Below, in pieces: positions 1 to 11,480 of a DNA stretch of 36,646 nucleotides. The notes under the pieces were generated by a model that saw only the letters and a list, made by a program, of their open reading frames with translations, did no database searches and was not told the DNA's origin. This DNA is from Lama guanicoe. Lineage: Eukaryota. The position numbers were made by a program, and so were the translations under genes. Every line of letters starts with the position of its first letter. The first letter of the stretch is position 1. The DNA lies in assembly GCA_013239625.1 (NCBI GenBank), contig MU053433.1, forward strand, positions 1-36,646. The letters run 5' to 3'.

Positions 1-314
1 AAGGAACTTTTAGATCCTAACATGCAAGGTGAAGGACGGATTTCACAAATATTTACGACTCAGAAATGAGCACGTGGACAGACGTTCATTCTTTTGGCAT
101 AAAGGGAACTGTTGTCAGGAGAAACATTTACTCTGACTTCCCAGTTTGTTTCCTACTGCCAGTTTCAATTTCCAGCAGTTTTCATTGTAAAACCAAGTTG
201 GAGCTTGAATCTACCCGTATTGATATAGGTATGGTTTTTTCCTACGAAAAAAAACTGTGATCTTTACAAGCTAGGTGAAGGACGGCTTTCACACACACTT
301 ATCTCTCAGATTTA

Positions 315-3047
315 AGCATGTGGAGAGACGATCTTTTATCTAGCACAAATGGAACTTGATGCAGTAGACACACTTACTCTGGGTTCCCAGACTTCTTCCT
401 AGAGCCCATTTGAAGTTCCTGCAAATTTCACCATAAACCCGAATTTTTTACTTGTTCTTCCCCATATATATGTACGTACTGTGCTTTCCAACTGAAAGAA
501 ACTTTGTTTTCCCAGCAAGCTAGATGAAGGAATGCATTCACACACAATTATCTCTCAGATATTAGCATTTGGATAGATTTTCTTTCATCTAGCACCAAGG
601 GAGTGTGTTGAGAGTGATAAACTTTGTCTTATTCCTAAGTGTGTTTCACAGGGTCGGTTTCAAATTCCTGCAGTTTTCACTGTGAAACTGAGTTGGTGCA
701 AGTATCTCCCCATATATATGTACGTATTGTACTTTCCTAATGAATAGAAAATTTGTGCTCCCACATGCCAGGTGAAGGACATCTTTCACACACAATTTTC
801 TCTTAGAATTGAGCATGAGTAGAGAGGATCTTTAATCAAGCACAATTGGTATAATTTGCAGTAAGCACAATTACTCTGTTTCCCATTTTTTTTTCCTAGA
901 GCCGGTTTGAAGTTCCAAGAGTTTTCACTGTAAAGCCAAGTTGGGGATTCTACCTACCAGTATATATGTATGCAGTATAGTTTCAAACTGAAAAGAAACA
1001 TTGATTTGCCAGCAAGCTAGGTGAACTTCGGCTTTCAAACACACTTATGTCTCAGAGTTGAGCATGTGGAGAGATGGTCATTCACCGAGCACAAATTGAA
1101 GTAGTTGCAGTAGACACACGTACTTTGTTTTCCCCATCTGTTTCCTACTTAGGGTTTAAATTTCCTGCAATTTTCACCCAAAAGCCAGTTGGAGCTAGAA
1201 ATCCCCCATATATATTTACATAGTGAATTTTCCAACTGAAAAGAAAATTTGTATTCCCAGGAACCTAGCTGAAGTTAGGCTTTCACACAAAGATATCCCT
1301 CAGAACTGAGCATGTAGAGAGAGGTCCTTTAATCAAGCACAAATGGTATGGGTTGCAGTTCAAACACTTACTCTGGGTTCCCAGTCTGCTTCCTAGAGCC
1401 CGTTGGAAGTTTCTGCAGTTTTCACTGTAAAACCGATTTGGAGCTAGAACCTCCCCATATATATTTATGTAGTGTAGATTCCAAGCGAAAAATATTTGTG
1501 TTTCAAAGTTGCTTAATGAAGGGTGACTTTCACACAAAGTTACCTCTCAGAAATGAACATGTGGAGAGAGGTTCTTTATTCAGACACTAATGGTATGGAT
1601 AGCAGTAGAAACACTTACCCTGGGTTCCCATTCTGTTTCCTATAGCCTGTTTGAAGTTCCTACAGTTTTCACTGAAAAACCCACTTGGTGCTTGTACCGC
1701 CTCATTTCTATGTACATAGTGTAATTACCAACTGAAAAGAAACACTGTGTGGCCAGCAAGCTAGGTGATAGATGGCTGTTACAGAAAAATATCTCTCAGA
1801 AATTAGCATGTTGAGAGACTTTCTTTCATCTAGCACCAAGGGTGCCTTTTAAATGAGATACAATTTCTCTAATTTCTAAGTCTGTTTCCTTGCGTCGGTT
1901 TGATATTCCTCCAGTTTTCAATGAAAAACCGTGTTGGAGCTTGTATGTCCGCATATATACATAACAAGTGTTCTTCCGTAGTGAAAAGAAACTATGTGTT
2001 CCCAACATGCTAGGTGAAGGACGTCTTTCACACACTATTTTCTCTTAGAATTGAGCATGTGGAGAGATGTTCGTTCATCTAGCACCAAGGGAGCCATGTG
2101 AAAGGGATACAATTACTCTAATTTCTTAGTCTGTTTCCTTGGGTCGGTTTGAAGTTCCTGCAGTTTTCACTGTAAAACAGAGGTGGAGATAGAACTTACC
2201 CATATATATCTACGTATTGTAAATTCCAAATGAAAAGAATCATTTTGTTCCTAACATGCTTGGTGAACGACGGATTTCACAAAAACCTATCTGTCAGAAC
2301 TGAGCATGTGGAGACACGTTCGTTCATCGAGCACAAATGGAACTGTTTGCCAGAGAAACAATTACTGTGTTTCGAGTCTTTTTTATAGTACCATTTTGAA
2401 ATCCTGCAGTTTTCACTGTAAAACCGATTTGGAGCTAGTACTTTCTGATATAAAGGTATGTATTGTTGTTTCCAAATGAAAAGAAACTTTTTGATCCTAA
2501 CATGCAAGGTGAAGGACGGATTTCAAAAAGAGATATGTCTTAGAAATGAGCATATGGAGAGACGTTCATTCTTCTAGCATAAATGGAACCCATGTCAGGA
2601 GTAATATTTACTCTGAATTCACAGTTTGTTTCCTATTGCTGGTTTCAATTTCCTGCAGTTTTCATTGTAAAACCACACTGGAGCTTGAATCTACCCGTAT
2701 TTATGTATGTATGGTTGTTTCCTATGAAAAAAACATCTTTGTGCTCCTTACAATCTAGGTGAAGGACGGCTTTCACACACACGTATCTCTCAGAAATGAA
2801 CATGTGAAGAGTCGTTCATTCAACTAGCAACAAGAGAACGGTTTGCAGTAGATACAATTACTCTGATTTCTAAGACTGTTTCCTAGTGAAAGTTTGAAGT
2901 ACTTGCAGTTTTCACAGTATATCTGAGTTGGCAATAGTACCTACCCATATATATGTATGTTGAGTAGTTTCCAACTGAAAACAAGCTTTGTGTTCCCAAG
3001 AAGCTAAGTGAATTTTGGCTTTAACATACACATATCTCTGAGAAATG
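315..3047. repeat. Ordered monomer block A-B-C-D-E-F-G-H-I-K-L, sub-lineage 1
   Basis: Diagnostic motifs in order: aaacccgaattttttacttg (A), gcatgagtagagaggatctttaatc (C), caaattgaagtagttgcag (D), cctagagcccgttggaag (E), cactaatggtatg (F), aagggtgccttttaaatgag (G). The same order recurs at 19535, 31575 and ~35360. Confidence 0.85.
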
Positions 3048-5275
3048 ATAATGTCGAGAGACTTCATTCATCCAGTACATGGGGTGCGGGTTGCCGTAAA
3101 CCACTTACTCTGGTTTCTCAGTCTGTTTCCTTGTGCTGGATTTAATATCCTGCATTTTCACTGTAAAATCGTTTTGGAGCTAGAACCTCCCAATATATAT
3201 TTATGTTGTGTAATTTCTAACCAAAAAGAAATTTGTTCCCAAAAAACAAGGTGAAGTGTGACTTTCACAAAAAGTTACCACTCAGAAATGAGCACGTGCA
3301 GACATGTTCTTTCTTCAAGCACAAATGGAATGGGTTACAGTAGAAATACTTACTCTTGGTTCCCAGTCTTTTTCCATTAGCCATTTAGAATTTCCTACAA
3401 TATTAACAGTAAAATCGATTTTGTGCTTTTACCTCCCCATATATATGTACGTTTTGTAATTTCCAACTGAAAACAAAATTTGTGTTGCCAGCAAGCTAGG
3501 TGAAGAATGGCTGTTGCACACACTTATCTCTCAGAAATTAGCATGTGGAGAGACTTTCTTTCATCTTGCACCAAGGGAGCGGTTTTAAAGGGAAACAAGT
3601 GTTCTAATTTCTAAGTATGTTTCCTGGGTCGTTTTGATGTTCAGGCAGTTTTCACTGAAAACCCCAGTAGGAGCTAGTACATGCCAATATATATATGTAA
3701 GTAATGTATTTCCTAATGAAAAGAAACGTTGTGATCCCAACATGCTATGTGAAGAACGTCTTTCACACACAATTTTGTCGCAGAATTGAGCATGTGGAGA
3801 GAATTTCATTCATCAAGCACAAAGGGAGAGGTTTAAAAGGGACAGGATTACTCAAATTTCTTAGTCTGTTTCCTAGGGTCGGTTTGAAAATCCTTCTATT
3901 TTCACTGTAAACCAGGGTTGGACTTAGATCCTCCCCATATATATATATACGATTGTAATTTCCCAATGAAAATAATCATTTTGTTTCTAACATGCTTGTT
4001 GAATGACGGATTTCACAAAACTTGTCTCTCTGATCTGAGCATGTGGAGACACATTCATTCATCGAGCACAAATGGAACCGTTGGCCGGCGAAACAATTAC
4101 TCTGTTTCTCAGTCTGTTTAATAGTGCCTGTTTGAAATCCTGCAGTTTTCAGTGTAAAACCGAGTAGGTGCTAATACCTCCTCATATATTTGTATGTATT
4201 GCTGTTTCCAAATGAAAAGGAACTTTTTGATCCTAACATGCAATTTGAAGGACAGATTTCACAAACAGTTATGTCTCAGAAATGAGCATGTGGACAGACG
4301 TTCATTCACCTAGCACAAATGGAACGGTTGTCACGAGAAAGATTTACTCTGGTTTCCCAGTTTGTTTCCTGTTGCCGCTTTCAATTTCAGGCAGTTTTCA
4401 TTGTAAAATCATGTTGGAACTTGAATCTATCCATATTTATGTATGTATGGTAGTATCCAACTAAAAAAAACTTTGTGTTCCTTACAATCAATGTGAAGTT
4501 CGGCTTTCACACACACTTACCTCTCTGAAATGAACATGTGGAGAAACGTTTGTTCAACTAGCAATAACTGAAAGGGGTCCCAGTAGATACAATTACTCTG
4601 ATTTATAAGTCTGTTTCCTAGCAAAAGTTTGAGGTACCTGTATTTTTCACTGTAAATCTGAGTCGGAGTTAGTATCTACCCATATATATGTATGTTGTGT
4701 AGTTTCCAACTGAAAAAAACTTTTTGTTCCCAAGAAGCTAGGTGAAGTATGGCTTTCAAACACAATTATCTCTGAGAAATGTTAATGTCGATAGAGTTCA
4801 TTCATCCAGCATTTGGAGAGTGTGTTTCAGTAAAACAATTACTCTGGTTTCTCAGTCTGTTTCCTTGAGCTGGTTTTAATGTCCTGCATTTTCACTTTTT
4901 AAACCGTGTTGGTGCTAGAACTTCACCATATATAAGTATGTAGTGCAGTTTCCAACGGGAAAAAATCTTTGTGTTCCAAACAAGCTACTAGAAGAACGAC
5001 TTTCACCCACAGTTATATCTCAGAACTGAGCATGTGGTTAAATTTTCTTTTATCTAGCACCAAGGGAGAGGTATAAAAGGTATACAAGTATTCTAATTTC
5101 TAAGTCTGTTTCCTGTGTCGGCTTGATGTTCCTGCTGTTTTCACTGAAAAACCGAGTAGGAGCTAGAAACTACCCATATATATGTAAGAAGTGTACATTC
5201 CTATTGAAAAGAAACTATGTGTTCCCAACATGCTAGGTGAAGAAAGGCTTTGACACACCATTAATCACAAAACTG

Positions 5276-8200
5276 AGCATGTGGAGAGACGTTCGTTCAT
5301 CTAGCACAAAGGGAACGGATTGCAGGGAAACAATTACTCTGATTTCTAACTATAGTTCTTAGTGCCGGTTTGAATTTCCTACAGTTTTCAGAGTAAAACC
5401 GAGTTGGAGCTTGTAACTCCCCATATAAATGTATGGAATTGAGTTTGAACTGAAGAGTACTTTGTGTTCCCAAGAAGCTCTGTGAAGTACGGCTTTCACA
5501 CACGCTTATCTCTCAGAACTGAGCATGTGGAGAGACGTTCGTTCATCTAGCAAAAAGGGATCGGGTTGCTGGAGATACAATTACTCTGGATTCTCAGTGT
5601 GTTTCCTAGTGCCAGTTTGAAGTTCCTGCAGGTTTCACTGGAAAACCGAGTTGAAGCTTGTACCTCCCCATATATATGTATGGAGTGGAGTTTGCAACTG
5701 AAGAGAATCTTTGTGTTCCCAACAAGCTAGGTGAAGGACAGCTTCCACACATGCTTTACTCTCAGAACTGAGCATGTGGAGAGACGTTCGTTCATCTAGC
5801 ACAAAAGGAACGGGCTGCAGGAGAAACACTTACTCTGGTTTCTCAGTGTGTTTCCAAGTGCCCCATTGAAGTTCCAGCAGTTTTCACAGTAAAACCAAGT
5901 TGGAGCTTGTACCTCCCCATATATAGGTATGGAGTGGAGATTCCAACTGAAGAGAAACTTTGTGTTCCCAACAAGCTAGGTGAAGGACAGCTTCCACACA
6001 TGCTTTACTCTCAGAACTGAGCATGTGGAGAGACGTTCGTTCATCTACACAAAGGGAACGGGTTGCAGGAGAAACACTTAATCTGGTTTCTCAGTGTGTT
6101 TCCAAGTGCCCCATTGAAGTTCCAGCAGTTTTCACTGTAAAACCAAGTTGGAGCTTGTACCTCCCCATATATATGTATGGAGTGGAGATTCCAACTGAAG
6201 AGAAATTTTGTGTTCCCAACAAGCTAGGTGAAGGACGGCTTTTTCACACGCTTAACTCTCAAAAATTATCATGTGAACAGACGTTCGTTCATCTAGAACA
6301 AATGGAATGGTTTGCAGGTGAAACACTTACTCTGGTTTCTCAGTGTTTTTCCTAGTGCCGGTTTAATTTTCCTGCACTTTTCACAGTAAAACCGAGTTGG
6401 AGCTTGTACCGCCCCATATATATGTATGGAGTGGGGTTTGCTATTGAAGAGAAACTTTGTGTTCCCAACTAGAAAGGTGAAGGACGCCTTTCACACACGC
6501 TTATCTCTCAGAAATGAGCATGTGGAGAGACGTTTGTTCATCTAGCAAAAAGGGAACGGGATGCAGGAGAAACAATTCCTCTGGTTTCTCAGTGTGTTTC
6601 CTATTGCTTGTTTTAAATTCCTGCAGTTTTCAGTGTAAAATTGAGTTTGAGCTTGTACCTGCCCATATATATGTATGGAGTGAGTTTGCAACTGAAGAGA
6701 AACGTTTTGTTCCCAAGAAGCTAGTTGAAGGACGGCTTTCACACATGCTTAACTCTCCAAACTGAGCATGTGGAGACACGTTCGTTCATCCTGAACAAAA
6801 GGAACGGTTTGCAGGAGAAACACTTACTTCGGTTTCTCAGTGTGTTTCCTAGTGCCGTTTGGAAGTTCCTGCATTTTTCATTGTAAAACCGAGTTGGAGC
6901 TTGTACCTCCCCATATATATGTATGGAATGGAGTATGCAACTGAAGAAAACTTTCTGTTACCGACAAGCTAGGTGAAGGACGGCTAACACACACGCTTAA
7001 CTCTCCGAACTGAGCATGTGTAGAGACATTTGTTCATCTTGAACAAAGGGAATGTGTGCAGGAGAAACACTTACTCTGGTTTCTCAGTGTGCTTCCTAGA
7101 CCCGTTTTGAAGTTCCTGCAATTTTCACTGTAAAACTGAGTGGAAACTTGAATCTCCCCATATATATGTATGGATTGGAGATTGCAGCTGAAGAGAAACT
7201 TTGTGTTCGCAACAAGCCAGGTGAAGGACAGCTTTCACCCACGCTTAACTCTCAGAACTGAGCATGTAGAGAGTCGTTCGTTCATCTAGCACAAAGGGAA
7301 CGCGTTGCAGTAGAAAAAATTACTCTGGTTCCTCAGTGTGTTTCCTAGTGCCAGTTGGATGTTTGTCCACTTTCACTGTAATACCGAGTTGGAGCTTGTA
7401 CTTCCCCATATATATGTATGGAGTGGAGTCTGCAACTAAAGAGAAACTTTGTGTTCCCTACAAGCTAGGTGAAGTAGGGCTTTCACACACGATTATCTAT
7501 CAGAGCTGAGCATTTGGAGAGATGTTCCTTCATCTAGCACAAAGGGAACGGGTTGCAGGAGAAACACTTACTCTGGTTTTTCAGTGTGTTTCCTAATGCC
7601 GGTTTGAAGTTCCTGCAGTTTTCACTATAAACCCGAGTTGGAGCTTGTAGATCCCCATATTTATTTATGGATTGGGGGCTGCAACTGAAAAGAAACTTTG
7701 TGTTCCCAACAAGCTAGGTGAAGGACATCTTTCACACACGCTTAAATCTCATAACTGAGCATTTGGAGAAACGTTCGTTCTACTAGCACAAAGGAAGCAG
7801 GTTGCAGTGGAAACACTTCCTCTGGTTTCTCAGTGTATTTTCTAGTGCTGGTTGGAACTTCCAGCACTTTTCACTGTAAAACCGATTTCGAGCTTATACC
7901 TCCCCATATATATGTATGGAATTTAGTTTGCAAATGAAGAGAAACGTTGTGTTCCCAAGAAGCTAGGTGAAGGAAGGCTGTCACACACGCTTAACTCTCA
8001 GAACTGAGCTTGTGGAGAGCCGTTCGTTCATCTAGCACAAAGGGAATGGTTTGCAGGAGAAACACTTTCTCTGGATTCTCAGTGTAATTTCAAGTGCCAG
8101 TTTTAAGTTCCTGCAGTTTTCACTTTAAACCGAGTTGGAGGTTGAACCTCCATATATATTTATGGCGTGGTGTTTGCAACTGAAGAGAAACATTGTGTTC

Positions 8201-11200
8201 CCAACAAGCTAGGTGAAGGAAGGCTTTCACACACGCTTCACTCTCAGAACTAAGCATGTGGAGAGACGTTCGTTCATCTAGATCAAAGGGAACGGGTTAC
8301 AGGAGAAACAATTACTCAGGTTTCTCAGTGTGTTTCCTAGTGCCAGTTTAAATTTCCTGCAGTTTTCACTGTAAAATCGTGTTGGAGCTTGTACCCAGCA
8401 ATATATATGTATGGAGTGGTATTTGAAACTGAAAAGAATCTTTGTGTTCCCAACAAGCTGGGCGAAGTACGGCTTTCACACATGATAAAATCTCAGAAAT
8501 CAGCAAGTGGAGAGATGTTTGTTCATTTAGCACAACGGTAAAAGGTTGCAGGAGAAACACTTCCTCTGGTTTCTCAGTGTGTTTCCTAGTGCCGTTTAGA
8601 TATTCCTGCAGTTTTCACTGTAAAACCGAGTTGGAACTTGTACCTCCCCATATATATGTATCTAGTGGGGTTTGCAACTGAAGAGAAACTTTGTGTTCTC
8701 AACAAGCTTAGTGAAGTACGGCTTTCACACACGCTTAAACCTCAGAACTGAACATATGGAGAGACGTTCATTCATCTAGAACAAAGGGAACGTGTGACAG
8801 GAGAAACACTTTCTCTGGTTTCTCAGTGTGTTTCCAAGTGCCGGTTGGAAGTTCCTGCACTTTTCACTGTAGAACCGAGTTGGAGCTTGTACCTCCCCAT
8901 ATATATGTATTGAGAGGAACTTGAGACAGAAGAGAAACTTTGTGTTCCCAACAAGCTAGTTGAAGGACGGCTTTAACACATGCTTAACACTTAGAACTGA
9001 GCATGTGGAGAGACGTTTGTTCATCTAGCACAAAGGGAACGGGTTGCAGGAGAAACACTTACTCTGGATTCTCAGTGTGTTTCCTAGTGTCATTTGGAAT
9101 TTCCTGGAGATTTCACTGTAAAAACGAGTTGGAGCTTGTACCTCCCCATACAAATGTATGGAGTGGAGTTTGCACCTGAAGAGAAACTTTGAGTTCCCAC
9201 CTGCTAGTTTTGGACGTTTTTCACAGACGCTTAGCACTCAAAACTGAGCATGTGGAGAGACTTTCATTCATCTAGCAGAAAGGGAACTGAGTGCAGGATA
9301 AACAATTACTCTGGTTTCTCAGTGTTTTTCCTAGTGTCGCCTGGAAGTTCTTGCAATTTTCTCTTAAAAACAGTGATGGAGCTTGTAGCTCCCCTTAAAT
9401 ATGTATGGAGTGGAGTTTGAAACTGATGGGAACCTTTGTGTTCCCAACAAGTTATGTGAACTATGGCTTTCACACACGGTTAACTCTGAGAACTGAGCAT
9501 ATGGAGAGATGTTCGTTCATCTAGCACAAAGGGAACGGGTTGCAGGAGGAACAATTCCTCTGGTTTCTCAGTGTGTTTCCTAGTGCCGGTTTGAAGTTTT
9601 TGCACTTTTCACTTAAAATATGAGTTGGAGCTATTACCTCCCCTCATATATGTATGGAGTGGATTTTGCAACTGAAAAGAAACTTTGTGTTCCCAACAAG
9701 CTAGGTGAAGGACGGCTTTCACACACACTTAACTCTCAAAACTGAGTATGTGGAGAGACGTTTGTACATCTAGCACAAAGGGAACTGGGTGCATGAGAAA
9801 CAATTACGCTGTTTTCACAGTGTGTTTTCTAGTGCTGGTTGGAAGTTCCTGCAGTTTTCAATGAAAAATCGATTTGGAGCTTGTACCTCCCCATATATAT
9901 GTATGGAGTGGAGTTTGCAACTGAACAGAAACTTTGTGTTCCCAACAAGCTAAGTGAAGGACAGCTTTCACACTCGCTTAAACCTCAGAACTGAGCACGT
10001 GGAGAGACGTTCGTTCCTCTTGCAAAAAGTGAACGTGTTACAGGTGAAACACTTAGTCTGGTTTCTCAGTGGGTTTCCTAGGGCCGGTTGGATCTTCCTG
10101 CCATTTTCACTGTAAAGCAGATTTGGAACTTTTAACTCCCCATATATATGTATGTAGTGGTGTTTGCAGCTGAAGAGAATCTGTGTTTTCCCAACAAGCT
10201 AGGTGAAGGACGGCTTTCACACACGCTTAACTCTCAGAACTGAGCATGTGGGGAGACTTTCTTTCATCTAGCAGAAAGGGAACTGAGTGCAGGAGAAACA
10301 ATTACTCTGGTTTCTCAGTGTGTTTCCTAGTGCCGTTTGGAAGTTCTGCACTTTTCACTGTAAAACGTGTTGGAATTTGTACCTCCCCATATATATGTAT
10401 GAGGTGGAATTTGCAACTTAAGAGAAACTTTGTGTTCCTTACAAGCTAGGTGAAGGACGGCCATCACACACGCTTTACTCTCAGAAATGAGCATGTGGAT
10501 AGAGATTCGTTCATCTATCACAAAGGAATGGGTTGCAGGGGAAACACTTACTCTGGTTTCTCAGTGTGTTTCCTATTGCCGGGTTTAAGTTCCTGCTCTA
10601 TTCTCTGTAAAACAGATTTGGAGTTGTGCCTCAACATACATTTGTATGGAGTGGAGTTTGCAACTGAAGAGAAGCTTTGTGTTCCCAACAAGCTAGGTGA
10701 AGGACGATTTTCACACACGGTTATCTCTCAGAACTGAGCATGTGGAGAGACTTACGTTCATGCAGCACAGAGGGATCGTGTAACATATGGAAACAATTAC
10801 TTTGGTTTCTCAGTGTGTTTCCTAGTGCCGATTAGATGTTCCTGCAATTTTCAGTGTAAAACCGAGTTAGATCTTGTACCTCCCATATATATGTATGTAT
10901 TGGAATTTGCCACTGAAGAGAAACTAGGAGTTCCCAGCAAGCTGGTTGAAGGACGGCTTCAAACACGCTTAAATCTCAAAACTAAGCATGTGGAGAGATG
11001 TTCGTTCATCTTGCACAAAGGGAACTGTTGGCAGGGGAAACAATTACTCTGATTTCTCAGTGTATGTCCTTGTGCCGGTTGGAAGTTCCTGTCCTTTTCA
11101 ATGTAAAACCGATTTGGAACTTGTACCTCCCCATATATATGTATGGAGTGGAATTTGCAACTGAAGAGAAACTTTGTGTTCCAACACAGCTAGACGAAGA

Positions 11201-11232
11201 AGGCATCAATACATGCTTAAATCTCAGAACTC
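5276..11232. repeat. Homogeneous monomeric satellite subfamily (type Z), 24 monomers
   Basis: 24 anchors from 5276 to 10985. Most carry diagnostic motifs not seen in the flanks: gtatggagtggagtttgcaactgaagagaaac (flanks: gtagtgtaatttccaactgaaaagaaa), ctcagtgtgtttcc (flanks: cagtctgtttcc) and cacgcttaactctcag. Confidence 0.93.
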
Positions 11233-11480
11233 AGCATGTTGAGAGACGATCTTTCATCTAGCACCAAGGGAGTGGTTTCAAAGGGATACAAGTATTCTAA
11301 TTTTTAATTCTGTTTCCTGGGTCGGTTTGATGTTCCTGCAGTTTTCACTGAAAAATCAACTTGGTGCTTGTACCTCCCCATTTATATGTACATAGTGTAA
11401 TTTCCAAATGTAAATAACCTTTGTGTTGCCAGTATGCTAGATCAAGGACGGCTTTCACACATAATTACATCTCAGAACTG

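Noticed and set aside
5537..5566. Possible CENP-B box (ttcg ... cggg)
   Set aside because: The box requires TTCG-N4-A-N2-CGGG (7-nt gap). Here the gap is 20 nt. I found no match by eye on either strand, including at the cccg sites.
5669..5680. TATA-like element in every monomer (catatatatg)
   Set aside because: It is a variable-length TA microsatellite core, and nothing in the sequence supports promoter function.
5276..11232. Tandem tRNA, 5S, snRNA or SINE gene cluster
   Set aside because: I see no convincing A/B boxes, cloverleaf, 5S similarity, poly-A tails or target-site duplications. An Infernal/Rfam scan would be the decisive test.
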